Notes under the pieces: model-generated
Told to the model about the DNA's origin: nothing
Databases searched by the model: none
What the model saw: only the letters and a program-made list of their open reading frames with translations
Part shown: positions 14,568 through 25,878 of the stretch, in pieces
How the letters are laid out: every line of letters begins with the position of its first letter
Numbering within the stretch: position 1 is the first letter of the stretch
Assembly (NCBI GenBank): GCA_011109175.1
Contig: RDEW01000016.1
Coordinates: forward strand, 1,165,294 to 1,229,293
Length of the DNA stretch: 64,000 nt
Direction: 5' to 3'
Source: Dicyema japonicum
Taxonomy: Eukaryota > Animalia > Dicyemida
Translations under genes and position numbers: made by a program

Positions 14568-15427
14568 ATGTGGAGTGAACCTGATTTACTTAAGAATTTG
14601 ATTATAATTCCCATTTTATTAGTACTTTTATACAGTTTTTACAAGTAAATAGACTAACTCGAATACTTAGGTATGCCACTTCGTGTAGAAATGTAAATTC
14701 TGTATCCAACGTGAATGAGATTTTCACTAGTAAGCTTGAAATTCCAGCTAAAGTTGAAATTATGAAATATTACTCAGAAACTTGTAATTTAATTTCCAAT
14801 TTTTAGCAGAATTGGAGTTTGGCTTCACGACAAACACAGATTGCAACGTATTTGCCTTCTTTGGGACTTCTCTAGGGGATTTTTATGATTCAGTCAAATT
14901 GACGGGATCACAAATTTTTGATTTTTTACTATCAAAGTCCTCACACCTTGAAAATCCAAAGTTTAATCAATTTAAATCTCTCAGAGTCAAAAACGATAGA
15001 TTTGTAGTTAAAACCGAGTTTTGTCGAGATGTTGGCCCTCGTCAGTTTGTACTATTGATAACACCACGTGGTACAGTGGATTTGGTAGTCTTTGTTCTTA
15101 AGCAAGGAATTCCTTGTTTCTATGATTTTCGTACCAGACCATGATGCCAAGTTTTTCAGACAGTACATGAAATTTAAGGGCTACGTGGACCCGCACTTGG
15201 TCCAGAAAATATATGGGATTGGTTTATTTTGTGTATAATTAGATAATTCTGGTGACAAATGCTCTAAAAGTGTAGAGTTGTGCTGTGTTTGTATGAATGC
15301 CCAATCGCAGGTTGTGTTTTTGCCGTGCAGGCATCTATGTGTCTGTGATAACTGTCGGGAGATGATAGGTACCCAATGTCCTCTCTGTCAGAGCTATGTT
15401 ACTTCATATTTTAGATTTGAGTTTTGA
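14568..15427 (+). CDS. RING-HC E3 ligase with N-terminal membrane anchor, CGRRF1-like
   Basis: ATG 14568 gives MWSEPDLLKNLIIIPILLVLLYSF (hydrophobic). About five tiny introns. C-terminal CCVCMNAQSQVVFLPCRHLCVCDNC...QCPLCQSYV. Stop TGA at 15425. Confidence 0.75.
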
Positions 15428-15439
15428 TTTTTTTGATTT

Positions 15440-16185
15440 ATTGCTTTTATTTGCTGACACAGCATGCCACCTGTCCTCATTATCAAGCAAAACGAACTTT
15501 TCCAATTTTATGCAAATCCGCTCTGGATGACAAAATTGCTGCTGGGTTGAAGAGTTGGTCGGCGGCTTATGAAGAATCCCCTTTTGATCCACACAGATTG
15601 AGGAACTGGACCAACATTTTTTACAAGACTACCCAATCGACTTTGTAAACTGACGACTTTCATCGTATCCTGTCAGTCCCTTCCCCTCACAGTGGTACTT
15701 GGCTTCAATCATCTTCAATTGGTTCCCCTCTGTAACAGGACGCCCTCCGAATTGGCATATTCATCCGTGCCGTTGTGGACTGCAAAGGGTTTCATCCGCT
15801 CTCTTGCCGTCTCAGCAGTGGTCGCTTTCCAAGACACGCCTCCATTAACAAGATTGTGAAGTGGTTTGATTCCCGACATTCCTGGAATCGTCGGCCTGGA
15901 TCGTGGAGATGGGATGGTTGGAATGAGGCCTGCACCGACACCTTTTCCCAGTCGAGATTTTCAGGCTCCTTTTTGAAAGTTGGGAAGGCTGCTCAAACTT
16001 TCGAGAATTTCAAAATAAGAAAATACGCCAGTCTCATAACAAGATTTTATTTACAGCCACTGTCGTCGAGACTTCGTGTCCAAACGGTCTCTTTTCTAAG
16101 ATAGCGAGTAACGAACGTCGGAAAACCGAATGGCTATTCGAAAGGATTTCTCTGGCAGCTATCAGGGGGAACATCCACTCAATTA
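15440..16185 (+). mobile_element. CRE-like RLE non-LTR retrotransposon, frameshifted 3' fragment
   Basis: HPLSCRLSSGRFPRHASINKIVK, GLDRGDG, KIRKY and WLFERISLAAIRG are Zn-knuckle and RLE motifs of CRE-type elements. Confidence 0.7.
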
Positions 16186-16199
16186 TCTCAGCTAAATTA

Positions 16200-16860
16200 T
16201 TTTGATTATTTTGCTACGTAGTGTAACGAGTGCCTGAGTCCTTTTCTACTTGGACCTTGTCAAATTCTACAGTCGGACAACGGGACTGAATTTAAAAATG
16301 CCAACATTCAAGCTTTACGTGAGAAATTCAGAATACGTCACATGGGTGTCGATTCTAGAATATGCAGTTTACTGTACAATGAGACAATTCACTCTTTTTA
16401 AATGAGACGCTATTCAAATTGTATCGCTGGATTTTTGGAACAAATTCCTTACAAATGATCGAATGCGAAAAAGGTGCTTCATTTAGATTCAATTTTAGAA
16501 TCAGTAATAATTTATTTGTGAGTTAATGATGTTTCAACTATTTCTGAACCGGCTCATCAAAATAATAGCGGTTTTTAATGTATAAATTACAATTTTGTAG
16601 AATCCTTTGATTTTGAGATAACACCAATTGGGGGTGACGACGAATACTATCGACGGATGAAGAATGGGTGTACATTGTAGTAAGCACAGTTATACTATCG
16701 GAGATCAAGTTAAATTTATGGTGTATTTAATTAAGGTACAAATAGCGATAGATTACGGAACTAACCCAGCATTGATGCTTGATAAGTTAGAGTCCAAGTA
16801 TTCTGTTACTTGCGAAATAGTCTCTATCTTATCAATTCACGTGTTGAGGTGTTTTTAGAA
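16200..16860 (+). mobile_element. Degenerate rve-type integrase (GIN/KRBA2-like) remnant
   Basis: QILQSDNGTEFKN at ~16261-16300 is the integrase core aspartate motif. Surrounding frames are broken. Confidence 0.5.
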
Positions 16861-17499
16861 TTTATGTATAGGTTGAATTTTCTGATGGAAGAAGATCGGT
16901 TAATGTCTTTACATAAAAAATAATTGTTTTTTTTATTTTAAATAAATTATTTGTTAAATCTAGCAATTGATTTCTTGTTACCATGGAAACACGTAAAAAA
17001 AACAGGATGCTCATAGGCACTCAAACCACCCATGTGACATATTATGACAACTAATATCCTTCGTCATTAACTTTATCACATCAATATGTACATCTCCTTA
17101 GATCTGAAGGTTGATTTATATTACGTTACCAACTGTGGCGACTTCATCCCCCTATTTTCATAAACATCCGCACTTTAGTCCTTAGAGAGACCGAAGTTAT
17201 TTCCTGTGTGAAATCACCATCTATACTATTTTTTTCCTTTTGTTGTCTTTGAACCCCAAAAAGAGGAATCAGTTTGTTGTTACTTATAAATTATTCGATG
17301 AACTAAAGACTCAGTTTAAATTAGTAAACTTTTATTACCCAAAAAGAACAATTCAGACAAACTACTTTATTTCACGTGCCTTTTTTAGATTTTTTTCAAA
17401 GTCTACCAATATTCTCTTGCATTGTAGGTTGCACAATAGAATTCCCACCACGTGCGTCAAGTGATACACTCTCCATGTTCACTTGAACAAAGTTCCTTG

Positions 17500-17900
17500 T
17501 ATATATGCATGGATATAGGGTTAGTGGCGATACAATCCCATGTCATAAGAAATAACATGGACTTTGACCGATGCATTATTTTCAATTCTTTTGCAACAAG
17601 AGCGTACTTCCGATTCTCCACTGTTTACTATGTTTTTGTGCAATGCCCACTTATATGATAGTTATGCCCTCCGATAACCTACATAAAGCACAATGTCTAA
17701 CTTAATGTGCTGTACAGCAACTTTCATGTTCGACATTAGACTGCACTTTATAAGTCTGCAACTTACTGGAATGTGATATCTCATATTTGTTGTACAGAAT
17801 TAAGCGGATATACCTCACAACCTCATTATGCTTTCATACGAGGTCGTAATAAGCATGTTGCCGCACTTAATGGCTCAATGTTCTACGGTATGGCACCGCA
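17500..17900 (-). mobile_element. R4-like RLE retrotransposon fragment
   Basis: Reverse strand reads KHNEVVRYIRLILYNKY...KLQTYKVQSNVE, homologous to RHNEVVRSLHLLLCNKY in the 54.8-kb copy. Confidence 0.65.
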
Positions 17901-18252
17901 TCATATGTCCTGTAGGAAAGTCATAAGCCCACTCGACTGAGGGCTTATGTTTCAATGCAAGGCCCATACTGAAGATGCATTCACATCCTCGTGAGGGTTC
18001 TTAAGGATATCAAAGAAACGACTGTGAAAATCTTTTTAATTAAAGTACCACTTTGTAGTTTGATCAATTCATTCACATTAAGACTCTCTTTTTTGTTAAG
18101 GTCATATTCAGAGGCTAGACGTGTGACAATGGTACCAAAGTGGGTTTGTTTTGACTCCTAAGATTGTCATGTTCTCATATATTGCTGCTTTAGACATAAA
18201 TTTAAGCATCATATACCCATCCTCCCACTCATGTGGATTACATTACTTAGAC

Positions 18253-18350
18253 CAGTGGTTCTCAACGAGGGGCGAATTGCCCCCTTTCGGGCGATTTTTT
18301 TGTCAGGGGGGTGATTTTTGTGATCAGGGGGCGATGGTCCTCGAGGAGCT
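18253..18350 (+). mobile_element. Solo hAT-type terminal inverted repeat
   Basis: cagtggttctcaac preceded by acttagac (nnnTAnnn). No partner TIR was found. Confidence 0.45.
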
Positions 18351-18399
18351 CATTGTCATGAATAATTAAAGACTGATAAATAATCGAGTCTTATATTAT

Positions 18400-19030
18400 T
18401 TATATTATATTAAAACTATTGTTCTGTGTACAATTTTGAGATCGAGGAATGTTCAGCTTTTTGGAAAAACGTGTGGAATGAAAAGGATAAGAAGGATGTG
18501 GTATTCTCTATATCCAAAATGATTACTGGGGAAGAGGAGACGTATGCTGAGTTCTCGAAAGAAGGATTGTTGGGAATAATCAAACTATCGCCTAATTGGA
18601 GAGCGTGCGGATGTGATGGGATCTACAATTTCTTTATTAAGAAGATTACGTCACTCCATGAACATATATACAAAGAAGTAGAAAAGGTGATAAAGGATCA
18701 TCTGTGTAAAAAAAGCTCAATAGTGACTACCCACGTCGTCATAATGAGGTCGTCAGGTGCATACACTTACACCTGTGCAGGCAGTATGGAATAAAGAAAT
18801 CGAAAAGACTAAAGACTCATTCAGTGCAATCAACGGTTGTAACTGAATTTGTTGAAATTCGCGTTGACACAACAATAGCTAAGGACAGGGAATAGAGAAT
18901 AACAAGCCGGATATTTTCGTATATGACAAAATCAAGAACACAATAACGCTAATAGAAGTGGGAATAACCTCCCAAAATTCTTTGAAACGTAGAAGTTGAG
19001 AAAGGCCGCAAGTACGTTCTTCACGTGATT
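18400..19030 (+). mobile_element. R4-like RLE retrotransposon, internally deleted
   Basis: SAFWKNVW...SPNWRACGCDGIYNFFIKK, then NKPDIFVYDK...LIEVGITSQ (PD-D/ExK motif). Confidence 0.7.
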
Positions 19031-19079
19031 TCTAATACTTCGAGTCTTGTCCAAAAAAGTTAGAACCTATAATGAGGAA

Positions 19080-19450
19080 TATATTTCTTTTGGATTTACT
19101 AAAAATCCTCAGGATAATCATAAACCGCTTTGTTTGCAATGTGGTACAGTGTTTTCCAATGAGGCAATAAAGCCATCGAGCTTAATCAATATTTAAAGCG
19201 TAAACATCCCAACTCAATTGGAGAAAACAGAATTTTTTTTGAATTAAAAAAGAATTATGAAAATAAAAACTCTTTAACTTTTCGTTTGAATAAAAGTATA
19301 TTTCAAATTGTTTCTGGACTATTTTATTCATACACAGTTGCAGAGATAATTGCAAAAACAGGTTTTACGATTTGTAAAATATTCGATTCCATCGTTGATT
19401 TTTTAAATTGCTAGCATCGATGTTCTGTGAAAAACTACCCAGAAACTTTT
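19080..19450 (+). mobile_element. hAT (ZBED5-like) transposase fragment
   Basis: LCLQCGTVFSNEAIKPSSLNQYLKRKHP resembles the BED-finger region seen at 2.9 kb. Confidence 0.55.
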
Positions 19451-19519
19451 GAATCCAAGACTTTGGATCGCTTTCGTTGATTCCCCGTCATGGATATTTT
19501 GATGCGGGGTGGAGTATCC

Positions 19520-20190
19520 TAAAATTAGATCTATGAAGTCATCATAGCTAAGAAATGAAGTCATCATATCGATAGGACGATGGCTTCGAGGATATACTTA
19601 ATTCTACAATACTGTTGATAAACACTGACGAAAATATAATTGAATAACATGACGCAATTATTGTGGAACGAGAAAAGATAAAGGACAGATAAAAAAGAAA
19701 TTGCCTCTTGTGGTCATGTATATTTTTAGTCACTATTATTTCTTCATTATTGAACAAAGTTTTATCAAATAAATAGGTATTCTTAATGGTCAATGTTAAG
19801 TGGATTAGGAGGAGCTTGATTTTTTTATATTTCTTTTATTTCCAATGTTCCTTTTAATAAAAGAAGCTATGGGTAGTCGGGCAGACATCTCGAGTGGCAA
19901 ACCCACACACACTTCAGATGTAATAATATGTGGATTATCTTGTGATGCAAGAGCTCTTCTTTTTATTTCTCGAGTAATTCTCTTTGATTCAACATATGCA
20001 GCATCTCCAGCATGATTGTGTTCGTTGACTCTTTTAATAATGATGTCTCCCTTGGTGTGTACTCTCGCTTTACATTTAATTTTATAGTAGGATTCACATT
20101 TCCAAAATGTGACTTGCCGATTAAATTTTTCAAAACAGTAAATGTATCCATCTTCATAAAGTTTTCTCTTACTTCTATCACTCATTACAA
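19520..20190 (-). mobile_element. MULE remnant with FLYWCH domain
   Basis: GYIYCFEKFNRQVTFWKCESYYKIKCKARVHT...EHNH matches the FLYWCH pattern. Confidence 0.7.
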
Positions 20191-20712
20191 ATTGTAAAGC
20201 AATGCTGTCAAGATATAAGAAATTAATGAAAGAATATCACTTTATAGTAATCAATTATGATAATGACGATAAAGTACAAAAGAATTCAAGGACATTATCA
20301 CCACATTATAAGCTACTTTATCAGTTAAAAGAAACACAATTACAAGCAACCATTACTCTTGTGTTAAAGATGAATACTGTCCTCAACACTAAAGACCAGA
20401 TCTTTGAATATAAGTGAAAGAACGAATTCAATCAAATAGGAACACGTGGACGATTCGCGGCGTTATGATAAACTTAATCAAGGGATAAAGGATATTTAAT
20501 CTCAGTCGGATTATGAAGGAATTCAAGAGAAGAGTGTGGGCGAAGTGATGACAAAATATAGTGAGGAAAAGGAAAAACACTGTGATAATTAGGTGTACTC
20601 CCATATTTTCTCGAATGTGAAACGAATTAGATAGATAGCATTTTAATTAGAATTAACATTTAAAAGAATTAATCACTTTTTATATGTAAAAAAGAGAAAA
20701 TAAATATTTAAG

Positions 20713-20794
20713 TACCGGTAGTGGGATTCGAACCCACGAGGGCATAACCCAGTGCATCTTAAGTGCACCGCCTTAACCGCTCGGCCATACCGGC
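20713..20794 (-). tRNA. tRNA-Leu(TAA), intronless, long variable arm
   Basis: GCCGGTA/TACCGGT acceptor stem, GTGCA-CTTAAGA-TGCAC anticodon arm, GGTTCGAATCC T-loop, 82 nt. Confidence 0.95.
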
Positions 20795-20937
20795 AACTGA
20801 CCTATCTTCGCACCATTGCTTTTATTTATCACTTACGTTTACAATTTTACTATTATTATTAATTTACCCCGGATACACCTAGAAGTAAGTTGAGGTAACC
20901 AACTAATTAAATGTATCCAGTTTCCACTTCTACTGAA

Positions 20938-21100
20938 ACAGAGTCCATCTGGAATCAACATAAAATGTAAAAGACATCCATAGTTGCAGTTGTGGAAACC
21001 CCTCCAATAAAGTGGGGGAGAGCAAATGATCCTTTTTCGTTTCCAGTCTGGCACTGGGTGCCTCCTAGACAAGTGGATCACATGGCGTCACTCTATTAGG
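20938..21100 (-). repeat. ~170-bp dispersed repeat with a diverged partner at 30665-30835 (+)
   Basis: Shared blocks gagtRacgYcatgtgatccacYtgt and gaggggttYccacaactg...tggatgtctt. Confidence 0.6.
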
Positions 21101-21249
21101 TAGAAAAAGGAGGAACAGACGAACAAAACTGAAATTTCAACCAATTAGCCACGAAGCTCCACATGGCGTCACGCGGCTCAAATATACTATACCTAAACTT
21201 GTGGTTTTAACTTAACTAGAATAAAATTCTCCTCAGAAATAATAATTTA

Positions 21250-21932
21250 TTATTTTAATGGAATAAATTTATAGTAATAATCGATAGTATAGTGTACCAT
21301 CAGACTCGACATGCATTCTGGTACACATCCTGTGCACTCTCCTTTATGATTAATTAAATATACCAGGAGATCCGGATATAAATGAATATGCGGGAATGGT
21401 TGTATCAGGGGGAATTACAGTATTATCAGCAATAACACAGCAGTCCAATAAATTAGCTCGATCTCCCTTAGAATGAATAATACAATGACAATAATGCAGT
21501 TCTCCCCAATCCATACGAATGAGTTGATGTTGACAGCAGTGACAACACTGTTCTTCCCAATACTCACGTGATTTCCTATTGATTGTTTGAAGAATGTATA
21601 TCTTTATGCACACGATATATAAACCCTTTGGAAGAATTTGCGTATGGAGGACGAATTACTACATTATTGTGGATAATGCAATGTCTCCCCACGCTAATGT
21701 TGGCTAAATCACCTCGTAGTATTGCCTTATCCATTATTATAGCCTATATTATTACACTAACATACCTTCCCTAGTAGACTTATTTTAGTTCCCCCAGGAC
21801 TGTAAGATCCGATGCTCACTTTATCACCAGATTCCTATCATTGGAGATATTACTACTAACTGTTTCGATGTAATTGGATTTGGAATAATACACACTTTCC
21901 GGCTCAACAGAAATTCGTCTTAGCACATCCAT
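21250..21932 (-). CDS. DCTN5: Dynactin subunit 5 (p25); start approximate
   Basis: Spliced peptides KSNYIET-ESGDKVS, ILRGDLANISVGRHCII, IRPPY, DCCVIADNTVIPPDTTIPAYSFISGSPG. Stop TAA at 21250. Confidence 0.88.
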
Positions 21933-22099
21933 ATGGTATATTCGATAATTTTAAATCTAAAATATTTAATTATTTAATCAAAATTTCATTATTTGTCGAA
22001 ATATTAAATTATCTGTCAATTGTGGAATTTTTTTATATTTTTGTGTTTAGTGTCACGATTAGCCAATCCTCAGAGTTTTATTTAGCCGTCTCTGTTTTA

Positions 22100-22700
22100 A
22101 CAAACACGTAGAACAATTTTCACTAAAACAAAGATAAAACAAAGCAATTGCTAGGCGACCAACAAAAAGAATGTCTGATGCTCTTGAAAAAAACAAACAA
22201 GGAGGCACTCAACTATGCCTCACCAAATTGGGCCCCGTGCATATCGATATCCTTCCTATATAAGCAGGTGCAAAATTCATCATTGAGAGATATAACGGGC
22301 ATCTCAAAAGCATCTCCCGTTAAGCACTCAAATTGGGAGCCGAAGATCTTCCAATGGATGACCACCTTGAAATGCTGAGCTTATAATATCTCCAACATTC
22401 ACTTGATCCCAACCCTCGAATCCACTAACTGCCGACACATCCAGAGAACCTTTACTGACCTTTTAAAACACTTAGAAAATTCCATTGGACTGAGTATGGA
22501 GCAATGCACGTCTTTATGTTAACGCGTGCTATAAAGACCTTGAAGACAACAAGATATATACATTATCCATTTCTGGCTGAAAGTTGTAGAGTCTCTTTGT
22601 TTGCCTGGACTATTTACTTTTACGCGGTGAATCTCTGTTATAGCGGCGGGTTTTTGACAGTCGCCAATTACCTTAGCGATAAGGAGGTCAATAATTTACA
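22100..22700 (+). mobile_element. I/Jockey-like LINE C-terminal fragment
   Basis: ALNYASPNWAP...VQNSSLRDITG is the typical post-RT segment. Confidence 0.6.
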
Positions 22701-23289
22701 TTAAGATTTTATTTTTATTGACTTATTGACTAGTCTAATAATATCATAGCAATTAAACTAGTGTGAGTACTAGAAAGGCGACTTATGGACATATTATTAT
22801 AGGAAAAGCTGATCCTTTCCTCTTGGTACTAGAGTAATCTTAGAAGGGCAGAGACTTCTGGGGAAGAGTCTAAGCTTACCGAGTCAGGGTTCATATTATC
22901 AAAAATCCTCCGTTTACTTGAATTGATTGGTGTCATCGAAAACTTTTCAAACATATTGAAGTCACATGCGAGAATACTTGATTATAAAATTTAGTATCTG
23001 ATTTTTCGAGAAAGTTTTTTCCTTAATTTTGACTTGGAAATTATTGCTTTTTAGCGAAAGACATATATTTCGACAAGATTTTTAAAACCATCTAATCAGG
23101 AGACCTAGAATCTAATTTAAGCATCCAAACCATCTATTTAGGGATAACCAAGGAGAGGGTTTTTTGTCGTCACACGGACATTCATCCCCACAAGAGGTTA
23201 CCAAGATAGAAGAATTTGATAAGGACGTCACAAATAATAAATTTTTTTTGCAAGAATGTGAAATTTATATTAAAATTATACAAATATAG

Positions 23290-24030
23290 CGGACTATTTT
23301 GAAGCATAATTCGTATCTAAAAATAGCAAAAAAAATTAACACGGATCAGGGAAAATTAGACAAAGAAATAACTTTGGAAGAAGTGATGACAGAAGTTTCA
23401 AACTGAAGGATAATAAGAGTCCCGGCCCAGATTTGCTTAAATGGTGAATTTTTCAAATATGGAACGCAAAAACTATGCAAGATTAATTGCCTGGATTCTG
23501 TACGGAACGTACAGTAAAGGAGCCACCTTGCCACTTGGAGAAGGACTTGATACCAGTACAGAAACCAAACAAAAAAGCGGGGAAAGTTGAGAATTTAAGA
23601 CCAGTCGTCTTAACCAACACATTACGGAAAATACTAGCCAATATTACGCTTCAAAGAATAGAGGGACGTCCAGACTCGTACCTGTCGGCTTATCAAAGTG
23701 GCTTCCACAAAGGGAGATCAACGTCAGATGTTATATGGAGCCACAAATGGAGAAGTGCGACTGTTCAAAAATTTAAAATAACGACAACCATTCTGGGGAT
23801 TGATATGTCAAAGGCCTTTGATTCCGTCAACAGGAACAAGCTGCTGCAAATACTTGAGCACTTCTTGGAGGGCTCAACGATTAGGATGGTCAGGACTGAG
23901 AAAGTTTATCGAGGACATTAGAAACGACAATTGGTACCCCTCAAGGAGATCCATTATCCCCGATTTTGTTTATTATTTATCTGGAGGCAGCTCTACGAGA
24001 CTTGAAGCCTCACTTTCAAATGTTCCATGT
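23290..24030 (+). mobile_element. RTE-like LINE reverse-transcriptase fragment
   Basis: KDNKSPGPD, NLRPVVLTNTLRKIL, YQSGFHKGRSTSD, LGIDMSKAFDSVNR. Confidence 0.8.
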
Positions 24031-24149
24031 CTGTGATTTCAGATGATTCTGTTTAGAGTTGGAGAATCATCCTGAACAGCAATCGGCTGGAGCAATCAAT
24101 ATCAACTTATTGTAAAAATAAAACTTTTGTTTCAAATTCTAATGAAATA

Positions 24150-24990
24150 TTACGCATCTAACAAGAACGTCATCCCGTGCAAATGGAAGAAGTCACTTAT
24201 AATACCCTTCTTAAAACCAGGAAAACCTTACCTTCTTCCTACCGACGTGCGCATAATCGCGCCTAATAGAGAAACTCGTACTCTAGAAAATTAAACCCAT
24301 TTTCCAAATGCCACTTTCAACATGGTTTCAAATGTGAGCGTTTAACTACGACACATTTGACTTCACTGTCTCAATTTATATCAGAAGGGTTCAACGTACC
24401 GAAACGCCATCTACGGACAATATTGGTCTCCCTGGGCATCCAGAAGGTGTTCGATTCTGTCCCGAGAACATTATTCACGAAAAAGGTTTTTGACACCACC
24501 ATTCAGCCGGATTTTAAAAGATGGATAGCCAATTTTCTTTTCGGAAGAAGAGGACGTGTCTGTATAGGCCATGCAAGATCGAGGTCCCGTTTTATACCAA
24601 ATGGTGTTCCTCAAGGATTGCCCATCTCTCCGGCGCTATTCAATTTATTCCTAAACGACCCTGCTCTGGAGTACCAGATTCAATGTTTCTTACATATACT
24701 GACGATTTAATTATCGCTAGCAAGAGCAAATACGTGGATATGGCAAAATCAGAGCTTCAGTCACATATTGATGACCTGGGAGCCTGGTTAAATTTGAATC
24801 GTCTCTCCATATCCAGAGATAAATCAACGTATACTATCTTCACCAAATACAGAAAAGAAAAATATATACTGGATTTGAACATATATGGAGACTCTTTACT
24901 TCTACAGATTCATCCAACTATTCTGGGAGTGACTTTCGACCCTCAACATGTAAAGAACATAATGACAAATGGTCTCAGGAAACTGAATAC
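24150..24990 (+). mobile_element. I/Jockey-like LINE reverse-transcriptase fragment
   Basis: GRRGRVCIG...NGVPQGLPISPALFNLF, YTDDL, ILGVTFD. Confidence 0.8.
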
Positions 24991-25878
24991 AGTCCGACCC
25001 CGTTTCGAGGCATTTTTTATTTGGAGTCTATTTTCCAGCATTAATTTCCAAATTTGTAAATTTTCTGGAGCCGCAAAACGGATTTTTGGGTTAATTTTTT
25101 TAGTCTTTAGGTTAAAAAAGTTAATTTTTTTAGGTTAAATTATTTATTTTTTAGGTTAAAAAAAATTCGCCCTAGTGATCACAAAACAAGTCGTTTCTTC
25201 CATTCAAGATTAGAAGACTCAAATAAACGTAAATTGAAAAAAACCCCACCCCTCTTCAAATTTTAATGAAAGGTGATCGTCGTCGATACAGGAATGCCGT
25301 GTGTACTCTGGGGGAACATAAGAAAACCCTGGGTACTAACGAATCACACACCAACCTAAATAAAATAAATTCTTTCAAGAGACAGTAACAAAGACCCTAC
25401 AAATATACCCCTTTGATATTAAAACCAACCCCGTTCGAAAAACTCGTGAGGAATACGGGAGCTCTGCCAAAACCTCTAAACTTCCAAAAAGGCATTCGTC
25501 CACACCGGAAGTGTGTCGGTACTCGGGAGGAACACCAAAAAAAGATATGGCGGCTGCTCAGGGAGGCCGGGATCATTTGACGGCTCCTACTCTCCTTTGA
25601 TAGTCGGTGATTCTTGGTTCTAAATAATTAAAATCTTAATATGGACGTCTTGTTTGTACAAATCTCATTCAAAGCTTCACGTTTTTCTTTTTCCCTCCAT
25701 TCTGACTGTGTCGTGTCGAACTGGAGAAATCGAAAAAGTGAGCATTCAGAGATCTCTTCTATTTCGTTAAATTCTGTTTTGGAATCGCCATCTTTCGTGA
25801 CTCACTGTCTTGCCAGAATTGATTAATAAAGTGTTCGATTAAAAATCTAATAAACCAAGTAAAAAATTTCTTAGAAAG

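Noticed and set aside
25100-25160. Interstitial telomeric repeats (TTAGG-containing motifs here and at ~32340 and ~51690)
   Set aside because: The motifs are isolated and not tandem; they are more likely low-complexity or subterminal transposon sequence.
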